The notes under the pieces: generated by a model
Seen by the model: only the letters and a program-made list of their open reading frames with translations
What the model was told of the DNA's origin: nothing
Databases searched by the model: none
Assembly: GCF_037042905.1 (NCBI RefSeq)
Contig: NC_087252.1
Location: forward strand, 12,710,001-12,774,000
DNA: 64,000 nt
Direction: 5' to 3'
From: Lytechinus pictus
Taxonomy: Eukaryota
Translations under genes and position numbers: made by a program
Part shown: one piece after another, positions 12,401 to 27,400 of the stretch
How positions within the stretch are numbered: position 1 is the first letter of the stretch
How the letters are laid out: each line of letters starts with the position of its first letter

Positions 12401-15400
12401 AGGCTGAAAAAAAAAATATTTGAACAGGTAGAGAAAAATCAGACAATCAATAAATACAATTTCCGTGGATTTGTATTTTCAATGTGTATTACATATGCTT
12501 GTATTTTTTGTTTTATGTTATACAGAGTCCCAAAGTACAGCCCCCCCCCCCACTTTTTTTTCCAAAACTGTGTACAAAAACGTAAATACTAATCTTAACT
12601 GACACTGCAAGCACGGAGCGCGAGCGAAATATTCATTTTTGAATAATGACCTAATCATGTTCTACTTGCAATTATTCCCTTCTTATTTCATTCACGTTTC
12701 TTCCTCCTCTTATCCTTCTTCTTCTTTTTGTTTTATTCCTTTCCTTCCTTTGTCTGGTACATGTACATGCCCGGGGGTGTCCGGGGGTTGATGTCCGGGG
12801 GTAAATGACCGGGGGTAGATGTCCGGGGGTAGATGACGGGGGGTGGACGTCTTGGGGTAGATGTCCGGGGGGTAAATGCCTGGGGGTAAATGTCCGGGGG
12901 GTAAATGACCGGGGGGTAGATGTATGGGTGTAGACGACGGGGATGGACGTCCAGGGGGTAGATGTCCTATATAATCCTTTAAGAGTGATGTGCGTCATTC
13001 TCATGAATGAATTTCTTTTTTAATATGTCACTATTTACCATGTCTAATATATTTTGCACTAAGGCCTGCATTACACAGAATAAAATCCTTGATTTGAAAA
13101 CAAAATTGAACCTGAATAAAAACAATCGTCATAATCTGTAGTGCTCGAATAATAGAGTACGTGTAATTGCTATCATAACCTTGTATGGATATGCAATATG
13201 CAAAACCCTCAACTTGCAGGACAAATTATAGAAAATGTGCCATGTAACAGTAATAATTTCCTGAACATGTGTATTCACAAACGAATGAAATTAATGAATA
13301 AATGAGATGAACAGTTTTTAAAAACACCTAACTAAAAGGCAGACACTTTTAGTCCTGCAGACAAGGACACTTACCGAACCTGATAGCAAAAAAGCAACTG
13401 GATGACTTGTTTGCTGGTCGAATGATTGAGATGGATCTGAGAGTGTGATTCAACTTTTATTCACTTTTTCTTCATGAGATTGTTTACGAACGTTACCATG
13501 TGAACATGCAAAACAAAGACTATGATGTCCGTTGGTGCATTAAACTGTATCCATGTTGATTGCATTCACTGGATACTGGGCGAGATATTCAACAATTGAT
13601 AAATGAGAGCTGCTATCTGAGGGGCGCCTGATAATGACTTTGCTACATTAGAAGGAATAACAAAATAATTCAGTTTTATTCATTTAGTTGTTCATAGCCT
13701 TCCGAAAATTAACTGCATATGAAAAATTAGGCTATGTTGTTAACTCTGTGAAAGATATATGTGCCATTTACTGCGTCTAGACGCAGCACTTTCACCCATC
13801 ATCTCCTTGTAGCCAATACTTTAACTCACACTTTCAATCCACAAGTCTACATCCAGATTTCTCAGGCAATTTTCCCAATCCATACTTGTAGCCAACATAT
13901 CTAATCCACACTTTGATTCCATCTTATCCACTCGCATTGCTTACCAACATCCAACAATGCACATGCACACTACCCGTCTTCATCTCACCTCAACCCATAT
14001 CTCATTATTAACCAAATCTTTCAACCCACATAATGTATGTAATCCACTTTACCGACCCACACTATCAATCTACCTTTCCTATTACACATTAAACCTTAAT
14101 CATCCCTTCTTACCCACCGATACTTCAAACCCACATCTCCTATCCATGCCACAAACCTTCATCCCCGCCCAAACCTATGATCCACATCTCCTATCCACAG
14201 CTTAAACCTTCATCTCCGCCACTTTCATAACCAACTTTACACACCTACACTTGTAATCCACATCTCTTGACTACACCTCAAACCTTCATCTTCGCCCGCA
14301 CTTTTGACCAATCTTACCAACCCACACTTATAATCCACATTTCCTATCCACACCTAAAACCATTATATCTCACTCACACTCATAACCAACCGTACCTTCC
14401 TACACTTCTAATCTACACCTATTAACTACACCTCAACCCTTCATAGCTACCCATATCTATACCCCCTTTATCCACCCACACTTCTAATGAAAACCCCTGT
14501 CATGACCATATTTCAGACGTTCATATCCACCCACACTTATAACCCACCTTTCCCACCCACACTCCTCATCCATATTTCCTATCCTCCTATCCACACCTCA
14601 AAGCTTCATCTCCCCACGCCTGTAAGTCACCTTTCGCAATCACACTTTAATCTATCTTACCTACCCACACCTCAAAACTTCATCTTCACCCATTCTAATA
14701 ACCCACTTTACCCACCCACACTTCTAATCCAAATCTCCTATCGACACTTCAAAATTTAATCTCCACCCACACATCTAACCCTTTTTACCCACCAACATTT
14801 CTAATCCACATCTTGTATCTTACAGCCTAAACCTTCAACTCCTACCACACCCATAACCCACTTTACCAACCTACAATTCTCATTCACACCTCTTAACTAC
14901 ACTTTAACACTTCATCTCTACCCACTTTACCCACCCATACTTCTAATCTACATGTCCCTATTCTATCCACACATCAAAGCCTCATCCCCACCCGTAACAG
15001 TAAGCCACCTTACGCAATCACACTTTTACAATACCTACCCACACCTAAAAACTTAATCCTCACCCACACTTGTAACCCACTTTACCCACCCATTTTTAAT
15101 CCACAGCTTAAACACTCATCTCCTACCATATTTATAATACCCGCCCATCCACACTTCTAATCCACATCTCCTACCCATACCTCAAACCTTCATATTAACC
15201 CACACTTATAATGATAATAATAACAATATAGGTATATGAACCCAGGGAAGCCATTTCAGTTCCAAAAACTGTTCTCCCAGTGGGCCCTGCTATAATTATT
15301 ACCCAGGCTTTAGCTTGGCTGCCTAGGCGCTCAAAGCATTCAATTAATTTCTTCCTACCAGGTACCCATTCACCTCACCTGGGTCCAGTGCAGCACAGTG

Positions 15401-18400
15401 TGGATAAATTTCTTGCTGAAGGAAATTACACCATGGCTGGGATATGGGATATAACCAACTTAACCCCCACACTTGTAATCCACGTCTCCTACCAACATTT
15501 TTTTTGGTTTAGAGATATAAATTTACAACTTCAAAAGATAAATGAGTGGATGTCAGTCAATTATTTACATGCAATTGTGAATACTTCAAAAACGAATTAT
15601 ATGTTGCTTGGCATATGCAAGCATCAAACTGATAACTTGAAATTACACTATAATAATTTCGAAATTCCTCAACTTCACAATGTAAGATTTTGAAGCGTTT
15701 ATATGGATGACCATTTGTCTTGGAACTTGGAACCAAAAAGATTGGGATAATAGCTAAACTTCAACGGATACTCCAGGCTGAAAAAAACAATATTTGAACA
15801 GGTAGAGAAAAATCAGACAATAAATAAATACAATTTCCGTGGATTTGTATTTTCAATGTGTATTACATATGCTTGTATTTTTTGTTTTATGTTATACAGA
15901 GTCCCAAAGTACAGCCCCCCCCCCCCACTTTTTTTTCCAAAACTGTGTACAAAAACGTAAATACTAATCTTAACTGACACTGCAAGCACGGAGCGCGAGC
16001 GAAATATTCATTTTTGAATAATGACCTAATCATGTTCTACTTGCAATTATTCCCTTCTTATTTCATTCACGTTTCTTCCTCCTCTTATCCTTCTTCTTCT
16101 TTTTGTTTTACTCCTTTCCTTCCTTTGTCTGGTACATGTACATGCCCGGGGGTGTCCGGGGGTTGATGTCCGGGGGTAAATGACCGGGGGTAGATGTCCG
16201 GGGGTAGATGACGGGGGGTGGACGTCTTGGGGTAGATGTCCGGGGGGTAAATGTCCGGGGGTAAATGTCCGGGGGGTAAATGACCGGGGGGTAGATGTAT
16301 GGGTGTAGACGACGGGGATGGACGTCCAGGGGGTAGATGTCCTATAGAATCCTTTAAGAGTGATGTGCGTCATTCTCATGAATGAATTTCTTTTTTAATA
16401 TGTCACTATTTACCATGTCTAATATATTTTGCACTAAGGCCTGCATTACACAGAATAAAATCCTTGATTTGAAAACAAAATTGAACCTGAATAAAAACAA
16501 TCGTCATAATCTGTAGTGCTCGAATAATAGAGTACGTGTAATTGCTATCATAACCTTGTATGGATATGCAATATGCAAAACCCTCAACTTGCAGGACAAA
16601 TTATAGAAAATGTGCCATGTAACAGTAATAATTTCCTGAACATGTGTATTCACAAACGAATGAAATTAATGAATAAATGAGATGAACAGTTTTTAAAAAC
16701 ACCTAACTAAAAGGCAGACACTTTTAGTCCTGCAGACAGGACACTTACCGAACCTGATAGCAAAAAGGCAACTGGATGACTTGTTTGCTGGTCGAATGAT
16801 TGAGATGGATCTGAGGGTGTGATTCAACTTGTATTCACTTTCTCTTCATGAAATTGTTTACGAACGTTACCATGTGAACATGCAAAACAAAGACTATGAT
16901 GTCCGTTGGTGCATTAAACTGTATCCATGTTGATTGCATTCACTGCATACTGGGCGAGATATTAAACAATTGATAAATGAGAGCTGCTAACCGAGGGGCG
17001 CCTGATAATGACTTTGGTACATTAGAAGGAATTACAAAATAATTAAGTTTTATATATTTAGTTGTTCATAGCCTTCCGAAAATTAACTGCATATGAAAAA
17101 TTAGGCTATGTTGTTAACTCTGTGAAATATACATGTGCCATTTACTGCGTCTAGACGCAGCACTTTCACCCATCATCTCCTTGTAGCCAATACTTTAACT
17201 CACACTTTCAATCCACAAGTCTACATCCAGATTTCTCAGGCATTTGATTAGGCTATGTTTTTTAACTCTGTGAAAGATACATGTGCCATTTACTGCGTCT
17301 AGACGCAGCACTTTCACCCAACATCTCCTTGTAGCCAATACTTTAACTCACACTTTCAATCCACAAGTCTACATCCAGATTTCTCAGGCAATTTTCCCAA
17401 ACCATACTTGTAGCCAACATATCTAATCCACACTTTGATTCCACCTTATCCACTCGCATTGCTTACCAACATCCAACAACCCACATGCACGCTTCCCGTC
17501 TTCATCTCACCTCAACCCATATCTCATTATTAACCAAATCTTTCAACCCACATAATGTATGCAATCCACTTTATCGACCCACACTATCAATCTACCTTTC
17601 CTATTACACATTAAACCTTCATTATCCCATCTTACCCACCCATACTTCAAACCCACATCTCCTATCCACACCTCAAACCTTCATCCCCGCCCAAACCTAT
17701 AATCCACATCTCCTATCCACAGCTTAAACCTTCATCTCCGCCACTTTTATAACCCACTTTACCCACCCACACTTGTAATCCACATCTCTTGACTCCATCT
17801 CAAACCTTCATCTCCGCCCGCACTTTTGCCAATCTTACCAACCCACACTTATAATCCACATTTCCTATCCACACCTAAAACCATTATATCTCACTCACAC
17901 TCATAACCAACCGTACCTACCCACACTTCTAATCTACACCTATTAACTACACCTCAACCCTTCATAGCTACCCATATCTATACCCCATTTATCCACCCAC
18001 ACTTCTAATGAAAACCCCTGTCATGACCATATTTCAGACGTTCATATCCACCCACACTTATAACCCACCTTTCCCACCCACACTCCTCATCCATATTTCC
18101 TATCCTCCTATCCACACCTCAAAGCTTCATCTCCCCACGCCTGTAAGTCACCTTTCGCAATCACACTTTAATCTATCTTACCTACCCACACCTCAAAACT
18201 TCATCTTCACCCATTCTAATAACCAACTTTACCCACCCACACTTCTAATCCAAATCTCCTATCGACACTTCAAAATTTAATCTCCACCCACACATCTAAC
18301 CCTTTTTACCCACCAACATTTCTAATCCACATCTTGTATCTACAGCCTAAACCTTCAACTCCTACCACACCCATAACCCACTTTACCAACCTACAATTCT

Positions 18401-21400
18401 CATTCACACCTCTTAACTACACTTCAACACATCATCTCTACCCACTTTACCCACCCATACTTCTAATCTACATGTCCCTATTCTATCCACACATCAAAGC
18501 CTAATCCCCACCCGTACCTGTAAGCCACCTTACGCAATCACACTTTTACAATACCTACCCACACCTAAAAACTTAATCCTCACCCACACTTGTAACCCAC
18601 TTTACCCACCCATTTTTAATCCACAGCTTAAACACTCACTTCCTACCATATTTATAATACCCGCCCATCCACACTTCTAATCCACATCTCCTACCCATAC
18701 CTCAAACCTTCATATTAACCCACACTTATAATGATAATAATAACAATATAGGTATATGAACCCAGGGAAGCCATTTCAGTTCCAAAAACTGTTCTCCCAG
18801 TGGGCCCTGCTATAATTATTACCCAGGCTTTAGCTTGGCTGCCTAGGCGCTCAAAGCATTCAATTAATTTCTTCCTACCAGGTACCCATTCACCTCACCT
18901 GGGTCCAGTGCAGCACAGTGTGGATAAATTTCTTGCTGAAGGAAATTACACCATGGCTGGGATATGGGATATAACCAACTTAACCCCCACACTTGTAATC
19001 CACGTCTCCTACCAACATTTTTTTTGGTTTAGAGATATAAATTTACAACTTCAAAAGATAAATGAGTGGATGTCAGTCAATTATTTACATGCAATTGTGA
19101 ATACTTCAAAAACGAATTATATGTTGCTTGGCATATGCAAGCATCAAACTGATAACTTGAAATTACACTATAATAATTTCGAAATTCCTCAACTTCACAA
19201 TGTAAGATTTTGAAGCGTTTATATGGATGACCATTTGTCTTGGAACTTGGAACCAAAAAGATTGGGATAATAGCTAAACTTCAACGGATACTCCAGGCTG
19301 AAAAAAACAATATTTGAACAGGTAGAGAAAAATCAGACAATCAATAAATACAATTTCCGTGGATTTGTATTTTCAATGTGTATTACATATGCTTGTATTT
19401 TTTGTTTTATGTTATACAGAGTCCCAAAGTACAGCCCCCCCCCCACTTTTTTTTCCAAAACTGTGTACAAAAACGTAAATACTAATCTTAACTGACACTG
19501 CAAGCACGGAGCGCGAGCGAAATATTCATTTTTGAATAATGACCTAATCATGTTCTACTTGCAATTATTCCCTTCTTATTTCATTCACGTTTCTTCCTCC
19601 TCTTATCCTTCTTCTTCTTTTTGTTTTACTCCTTTCCTTCCTTTGTCTGGTACATGTACATGCCCGGGGGTGTCCGGGGGTTGATGTCCGGGGGTAAATG
19701 ACCGGGGGTAGATGTCCGGGGGTAGATGACGGGGGGTGGACGTCTTGGGGTAGATGTCCGGGGGGTAAATGTCCGGGGGTAAATGTCCGGGGGGTAAATG
19801 ACCGGGGGGTAGATGTATGGGTGTAGACGACGGGGATGGACGTCCGGGGGGTAGATGTCCTATAGAATCCTTTACGAGTGATGCGCGTCATTCTCATGAA
19901 TGAATTTCTTTTTTTATATGTCACTATTTACCATGTCTAATATATTTTGCACTAAGGCCTGCATTACACAGAATAAAATCCTTGATTTGAAAACAAAATT
20001 GAACCTGAATAAAAACAATCGTCATAATCTGTAGTGCTCGAATAATAGAGTACGTGTAATTGCTATCATAACCTTGTATGGATATGCAATATGCAAAACC
20101 CTCAACTTGCAGGACAAATTATAGAAAATGTGCCATGTAACAGTAATAATTTCCTGAACATGTGTATTCACAAACGAATGAAATTAATGAATAAATGAGA
20201 TGAACAGTTTTTAAAAACACCTAACTAAAAGGCAGACACTTTAAGTCCTGCAGACAGGACACTTACCGAACCTGATAGCAAAAAGGCAACTGGATGACTT
20301 GTTTGCTGGTCGAATGATTGAGATGGATCTGAGGGTGTGATTCAACTTGTATTCACTTTCTCTTCATGAAATTGTTTACGAACGTTACCATGTGAACATG
20401 CAAAACAAAGACTATGATGTCCGTTGGTGCATTAAACTGTATCCATGTTGATTGCATTCACTGCATACTGGGCGAGATATTAAACAATTGATAAATGAGA
20501 GCTGCTATCCGAGGGGCGCCTGATAATGACTTTGGTACATTAGAAGGAATTACAAAATAATTAAGTTTTATATATTTAGTTGTTCATAGCCTTCCAAAAA
20601 TTAACTGCATATGAAAAATTAGGCTATGTTTTTTAACTCTGTGAAAGATACATGTGCCATTTACTGCGTCTAGACGCAGCACTTTCACCCAACATCTCCT
20701 TGTAGCCAATACTTTAACTCACACTTTCAATCCACAAGTCTACATCCAGATTTCTCAGGCAATTTTCCCAATCCATACTTGTAGCCAACATATCTAATCC
20801 ACACTTTGATTCCACCTTATCCACTCGCATTGCTTACCAACATCCAACAACCCACATGCACGCTTCCCGTCTTCATCTCACCTCAACCCATATCTCATTA
20901 TTAACCAAATCTTTCAACCCACATAATGTATGCAATCCACTTTATCGACCCACACTATCAATCTACCTTTCCTATTACACATTAAACCTTCATTATCCCA
21001 TCTTACCCACCCATACTTCAAACCCACATCTCCTATCCACACCTCAAACCTTCATCCCCGCCCAAACCTATAATCCACATCTCCTATCCACAGCTTAAAC
21101 CTTCATCTCCGCCACTTTTATAACCCACTTTACCCACCCACACTTGTAATCCACATCTCTTGACTCCATCTCAAACCTTCATCTCCGCCCGCACTTTTGC
21201 CAATCTTACCAACCCACACTTATAATCCACATTTCCTATCCACACCTAAAACCATTATATCTCACTCACACTCATAACCAACCGTACCTACCCACACTTC
21301 TAATCTACACCTATTAACTACACCTCAACCCTTCATAGCTACCCATATCTATACCCCCTTTATCCACCCACACTTCTAATGAAAACCCCTGTCATGACCA

Positions 21401-24400
21401 TATTTCAGACGTTCATATCCACCCACACTTATAACCCACCTTTCCCACCCACACTCCTCATCCATATTTCCTATCCTCCTATCCACACCTCAAAGCTTCA
21501 TCTCCCCACGCCTGTAAGTCACCTTTCGCAATCACACTTTAATCTATCTTACCTACCCACACCTCAAAACTTCATCTTCACCCATTCTAATAACCCACTT
21601 TACCCACCCACACTTCTAATCCAAATCTCCTATCGACACTTCAAAATTTAATCTCCACCCACACATCTAACCCTTTTTACCCACCAACATTTCTAATCCA
21701 CATCTTGTATCTACAGCCTAAACCTTCAACTCCTACCACACCCATAACCCACTTTACCAACCTACAATTCTCATTCACACCTCTTAACTACACTTCAACA
21801 CATCATCTCTACCCACTTTACCCACCCATACTTCTAATCTACATGTCCCTATTCTATCCACACATCAAAGCCTCATCCCCACCCGTAACAGTAAGCCACC
21901 TTACGCAATCACACTTTTACAATACCTACCCACACCTAAAAACTTAATCCTCACCCACACTTGTAACCCACTTTACCCACCCATTTTTAATCCACAGCTT
22001 AAACACTCACTTCCTACCATATTTATAATACCCGCCCATCCACACTTCTAATCCACATCTCCTACCCATACCTCAAACCTTCATATTAACCCACACTTAT
22101 AATGATAATAATAACAATATAGGTATATGAACCCAGGGAAGCCACTTCAGTTCCAAAAACTGTTCTCCCAGTGGGCCCTGCTATAATTATTACCCAGGCT
22201 TTAGCTTGGCTGCCTAGGCGCTCAAAGCATTCAATTAATTTCTTCCTACCAGGTACCCATTCACCTCACCTGGGTCCAGTGCAGCACAGTGTGGATAAAT
22301 TTCTTGCTGAAGGAAATTACACCATGGCTGGGATATGGGATATAACCAACTTAACCCCCACACTTGTAATCCACGTCTCCTACCAAAATTTTTTTTGGTT
22401 TAGAGATATAAATTTACAACTTCAAAAGATAAATGAGTGGATGTCAGTCAATTATTTACATGCAATTGTGAATACTTCAAAAACGAATTATATGTTGCTT
22501 GGCATATGCAAGCATCAAACTGATAACTTGAAATTACACTATAATAATTTCGAAATTCCTCAACTTCACAATGTAAGATTTTGAAGCGTTTATATGGATG
22601 ACCATTTGTCTTGGAACTTGGAACCAAAAAGATTGGGATAATAGCTAAACTTCAACGGATACTCCAGGCTGAAAAAAAAAATATTTGAACAGGTAGAGAA
22701 AAATCAGACAATCAATAAATACAATTTCCGTGGATTTGTATTTTCAATGTGTATTACATATGCTTGTATTTTTTGTTTTATGTTATACAGAGTCCCAAAG
22801 TACAGCCCCCCCCCCACTTTTTTTTCCAAAACTGTGTACAAAAACGTAAATACTAATCTTAACTGACACTGCAAGCACGGAGCGCGAGCGAAATATTCAT
22901 TTTTGAATAATGACCTAATCATGTTCTACTTGCAATTATTCCCTTCTTATTTCATTCACGTTTCTTCCTCCTCTTATCCTTCTTCTTCTTTTTGTTTTAC
23001 TCCTTTCCTTCCTTTGTCTGGTACATGTACATGCCCGGGGGTGTCCGGGGGTTGATGTCCGGGGGTAAATGACCGGGGGTAGATGTCCGGGGGTAGATGA
23101 CGGGGGGTGGACGTCTTGGGGTAGATGTCCGGGGGGTAAATGCCTGGGGGTAAATGTCCGGGGGGTAAATGACCGGGGGGTAGATGTATGGGTGTAGACG
23201 ACGGGGATGGACGTCCAGGGGGTAGATGTCCTATAGAATCCTTTAAGAGTGATGTGCGTCATTCTCATGAATGAATTTCTTTTTTAATATGTCACTATTT
23301 ACCATGTCTAATATATTTTGCACTAAGGCCTGCATTACACAGAATAAAATCCTTGATTTGAAAACAAAATTGAACCTGAATAAAAACAATCGTCATAATC
23401 TGTAGTGCTCGAATAATAGAGTACGTGTAATTGCTATCATAACCTTGTATGGATATGCAATATGCAAAACCCTCAACTTGCAGGACAAATTATAGAAAAT
23501 GTGCCATGTAACAGTAATAATTTCCTGAACATGTGTATTCACAAACGAATGAAATTAATGAATAAATGAGATGAACAGTTTTTAAAAACACCTAACTAAA
23601 AGGCAGACACTTTTAGTCCTGCAGACAGGACACTTACCGAACCTGATAGCAAAAAAGCAACTGGATGACTTGTTTGCTGGTCGAATGATTGAGATGGATC
23701 TGAGAGTGTGATTCAACTTTTATTCACTTTTTCTTCATGAGATTGTTTACGAACGTTACCATGTGAACATGCAAAACAAAGACTATGATGTCCGTTGGTG
23801 CATTAAACTGTATCCATGTTGATTGCATTCACTGGATACTGGGCGAGATATTCAACAATTGATAAATGAGAGCTGCTATCTGAGGGGCGCCTGATAATGA
23901 CTTTGCTACATTAGAAGGAATAACAAAATAATTCAGTTTTATTCATTTAGTTGTTCATAGCCTTCCGAAAATTAACTGCATATGAAAAATTAGGCTATGT
24001 TGTTAACTCTGTGAAAGATATATGTGCCATTTACTGCGTCTAGACGCAGCACTTTCACCCATCATCTCCTTGTAGCCAATACTTTAACTCACACTTTCAA
24101 TCCACAAGTCTACATCCAGATTTCTCAGGCAATTTTCCCAATCCATACTTGTAGCCAACATATCTAATCCACACTTTGATTCCACCTTATCCACTCGCAT
24201 TGCTTACCAACATCCAACAACCCACATGCACGCTTCCCGTCTTCATCTCACCTCAACCCATATCTCATTATTAACCAAATCTTTCAACCCACATAATGTA
24301 TGCAATCCACTTTATCGACCCACACTATCAATCTACCTTTCCTATTACACATTAAACCTTCATTATCCCATCTTACCCACCCATACTTCAAACCCACATC

Positions 24401-27400
24401 TCCTATCCACACCTCAAACCTTCATCCCCGCCCAAACCTATAATCCACATCTCCTATCCACAGCTTAAACCTTCATCTCCGCCACTTTTATAACCCACTT
24501 TACCCACCCACACTTGTAATCCACATCTCTTGACTCCATCTCAAACCTTCATCTCCGCCCGCACTTTTGCCAATCTTACCAACCCACACTTATAATCCAC
24601 ATTTCCTATCCACACCTAAAACCATTATATCTCACTCACACTCATAACCAACCGTACCTACCCACACTTCTAATCTACACCTATTAACTACACCTCAACC
24701 CTTCATAGCTACCCATATCTATACCCCCTTTATCCACCCACACTTCTAATGAAAACCCCTGTCATGACCATATTTCAGACGTTCATATCCACCCACACTT
24801 ATAACCCACCTTTCCCACCCACACTCCTCATCCATATTTCCTATCCTCCTATCCACACCTCAAAGCTTCATCTCCCCACGCCTGTAAGTCACCTTTCGCA
24901 ATCACACTTTAATCTATCTTACCTACCCACACCTCAAAACTTCATCTTCACCCATTCTAATAACCCACTTTACCCACCCACACTTCTAATCCAAATCTCC
25001 TATCGACACTTCAAAATTTAATCTCCACCCACACATCTAACCCTTTTTACCCACCAACATTTCTAATCCACATCTTGTATCTACAGCCTAAACCTTCAAC
25101 TCCTACCACACCCATAACCCACTTTACCAACCTACAATTCTCATTCACACCTCTTAACTACACTTCAACACATCATCTCTACCCACTTTACCCACCCATA
25201 CTTCTAATCTACATGTCCCTATCCTATCCACACATCAAAGCCTCATCCCCACCCGTACCTGTAAGCCACCTTACGCAATCACACTTTTACAATACCTACC
25301 CACACCTAAAAACTTAATCCTCACCCACACTTGTAACCCACTTTACCCACCCATTTTTAATCCACAGCTTAAACACTCACTTCCTACCATATTTATAATA
25401 CCCGCCCATCCACACTTCTAATCCACATCTCCTACCCATACCTCAAACCTTCATATTAACCCACACTTATAATGATAATAATAACAATATAGGTATATGA
25501 ACCCAGGGAAGCCACTTCAGTTCCAAAAACTGTTCTCCCAGTGGGCCCTGCTATAATTATTACCCAGGCTTTAGCTTGGCTGCCTAGGCGCTCAAAGCAT
25601 TCAATTAATTTCTTCCTACCAGGTACCCATTCACCTCACCTGGGTCCAGTGCAGCACAGTGTGGATAAATTTCTTGCTGAAGGAAATTACACCATGGCTG
25701 GGATATGGGATATAACCAACTTAACCCCCACACTTGTAATCCACGTCTCCTACCAAAATTTTTTTTGGTTTAGAGATATAAATTTACAACTTCAAAAGAT
25801 AAATGAGTGGATGTCAGTCAATTATTTACATGCAATTGTGAATACTTCAAAAACGAATTATATGTTGCTTGGCATATGCAAGCATCAAACTGATAACTTG
25901 AAATTACACTATAATAATTTCGAAATTCCTCAACTTCACAATGTAAGATTTTGAAGCGTTTATATGGATGACCATTTGTCTTGGAACTTGGAACCAAAAA
26001 GATTGGGATAATAGCTAAACTTCAACGGATACTCCAGGCTGAAAAAAAAAATATTTGAACAGGTAGAGAAAAATCAGACAATCAATAAATACAATTTCCG
26101 TGGATTTGTATTTTCAATGTGTATTACATATGCTTGTATTTTTTGTTTTATGTTATACAGAGTCCCAAAGTACAGCCCCCCCCCCCACTTTTTTTTCCAA
26201 AACTGTGTACAAAAACGTAAATACTAATCTTAACTGACACTGCAAGCACGGAGCGCGAGCGAAATATTCATTTTTGAATAATGACCTAATCATGTTCTAC
26301 TTGCAATTATTCCCTTCTTATTTCATTCACGTTTCTTCCTCCTCTTATCCTTCTTCTTCTTTTTGTTTTATTCCTTTCCTTCCTTTGTCTGGTACATGTA
26401 CATGCCCGGGGGTGTCCGGGGGTTGATGTCCGGGGGTAAATGACCGGGGGTAGATGTCCGGGGGTAGATGACGGGGGGTGGACGTCTTGGGGTAGATGTC
26501 CGGGGGGTAAATGCCTGGGGGTAAATGTCCGGGGGGTAAATGACCGGGGGGTAGATGTATGGGTGTAGACGACGGGGATGGACGTCCAGGGGGTAGATGT
26601 CCTATATAATCCTTTAAGAGTGATGTGCGTCATTCTCATGAATGAATTTCTTTTTTAATATGTCACTATTTACCATGTCTAATATATTTTGCACTAAGGC
26701 CTGCATTACACAGAATAAAATCCTTGATTTGAAAACAAAATTGAACCTGAATAAAAACAATCGTCATAATCTGTAGTGCTCGAATAATAGAGTACGTGTA
26801 ATTGCTATCATAACCTTGTATGGATATGCAATATGCAAAACCCTCAACTTGCAGGACAAATTATAGAAAATGTGCCATGTAACAGTAATAATTTCCTGAA
26901 CATGTGTATTCACAAACGAATGAAATTAATGAATAAATGAGATGAACAGTTTTTAAAAACACCTAACTAAAAGGCAGACACTTTTAGTCCTGCAGACAGG
27001 ACACTTACCGAACCTGATAGCAAAAAAGCAACTGGATGACTTGTTTGCTGGTCGAATGATTGAGATGGATCTGAGAGTGTGATTCAACTTTTATTCACTT
27101 TTTCTTCATGAGATTGTTTACGAACGTTACCATGTGAACATGCAAAACAAAGACTATGATGTCCGTTGGTGCATTAAACTGTATCCATGTTGATTGCATT
27201 CACTGGATACTGGGCGAGATATTCAACAATTGATAAATGAGAGCTGCTATCTGAGGGGCGCCTGATAATGACTTTGCTACATTAGAAGGAATAACAAAAT
27301 AATTCAGTTTTATTCATTTAGTTGTTCATAGCCTTCCGAAAATTAACTGCATATGAAAAATTAGGCTATGTTGTTAACTCTGTGAAAGATATATGTGCCA

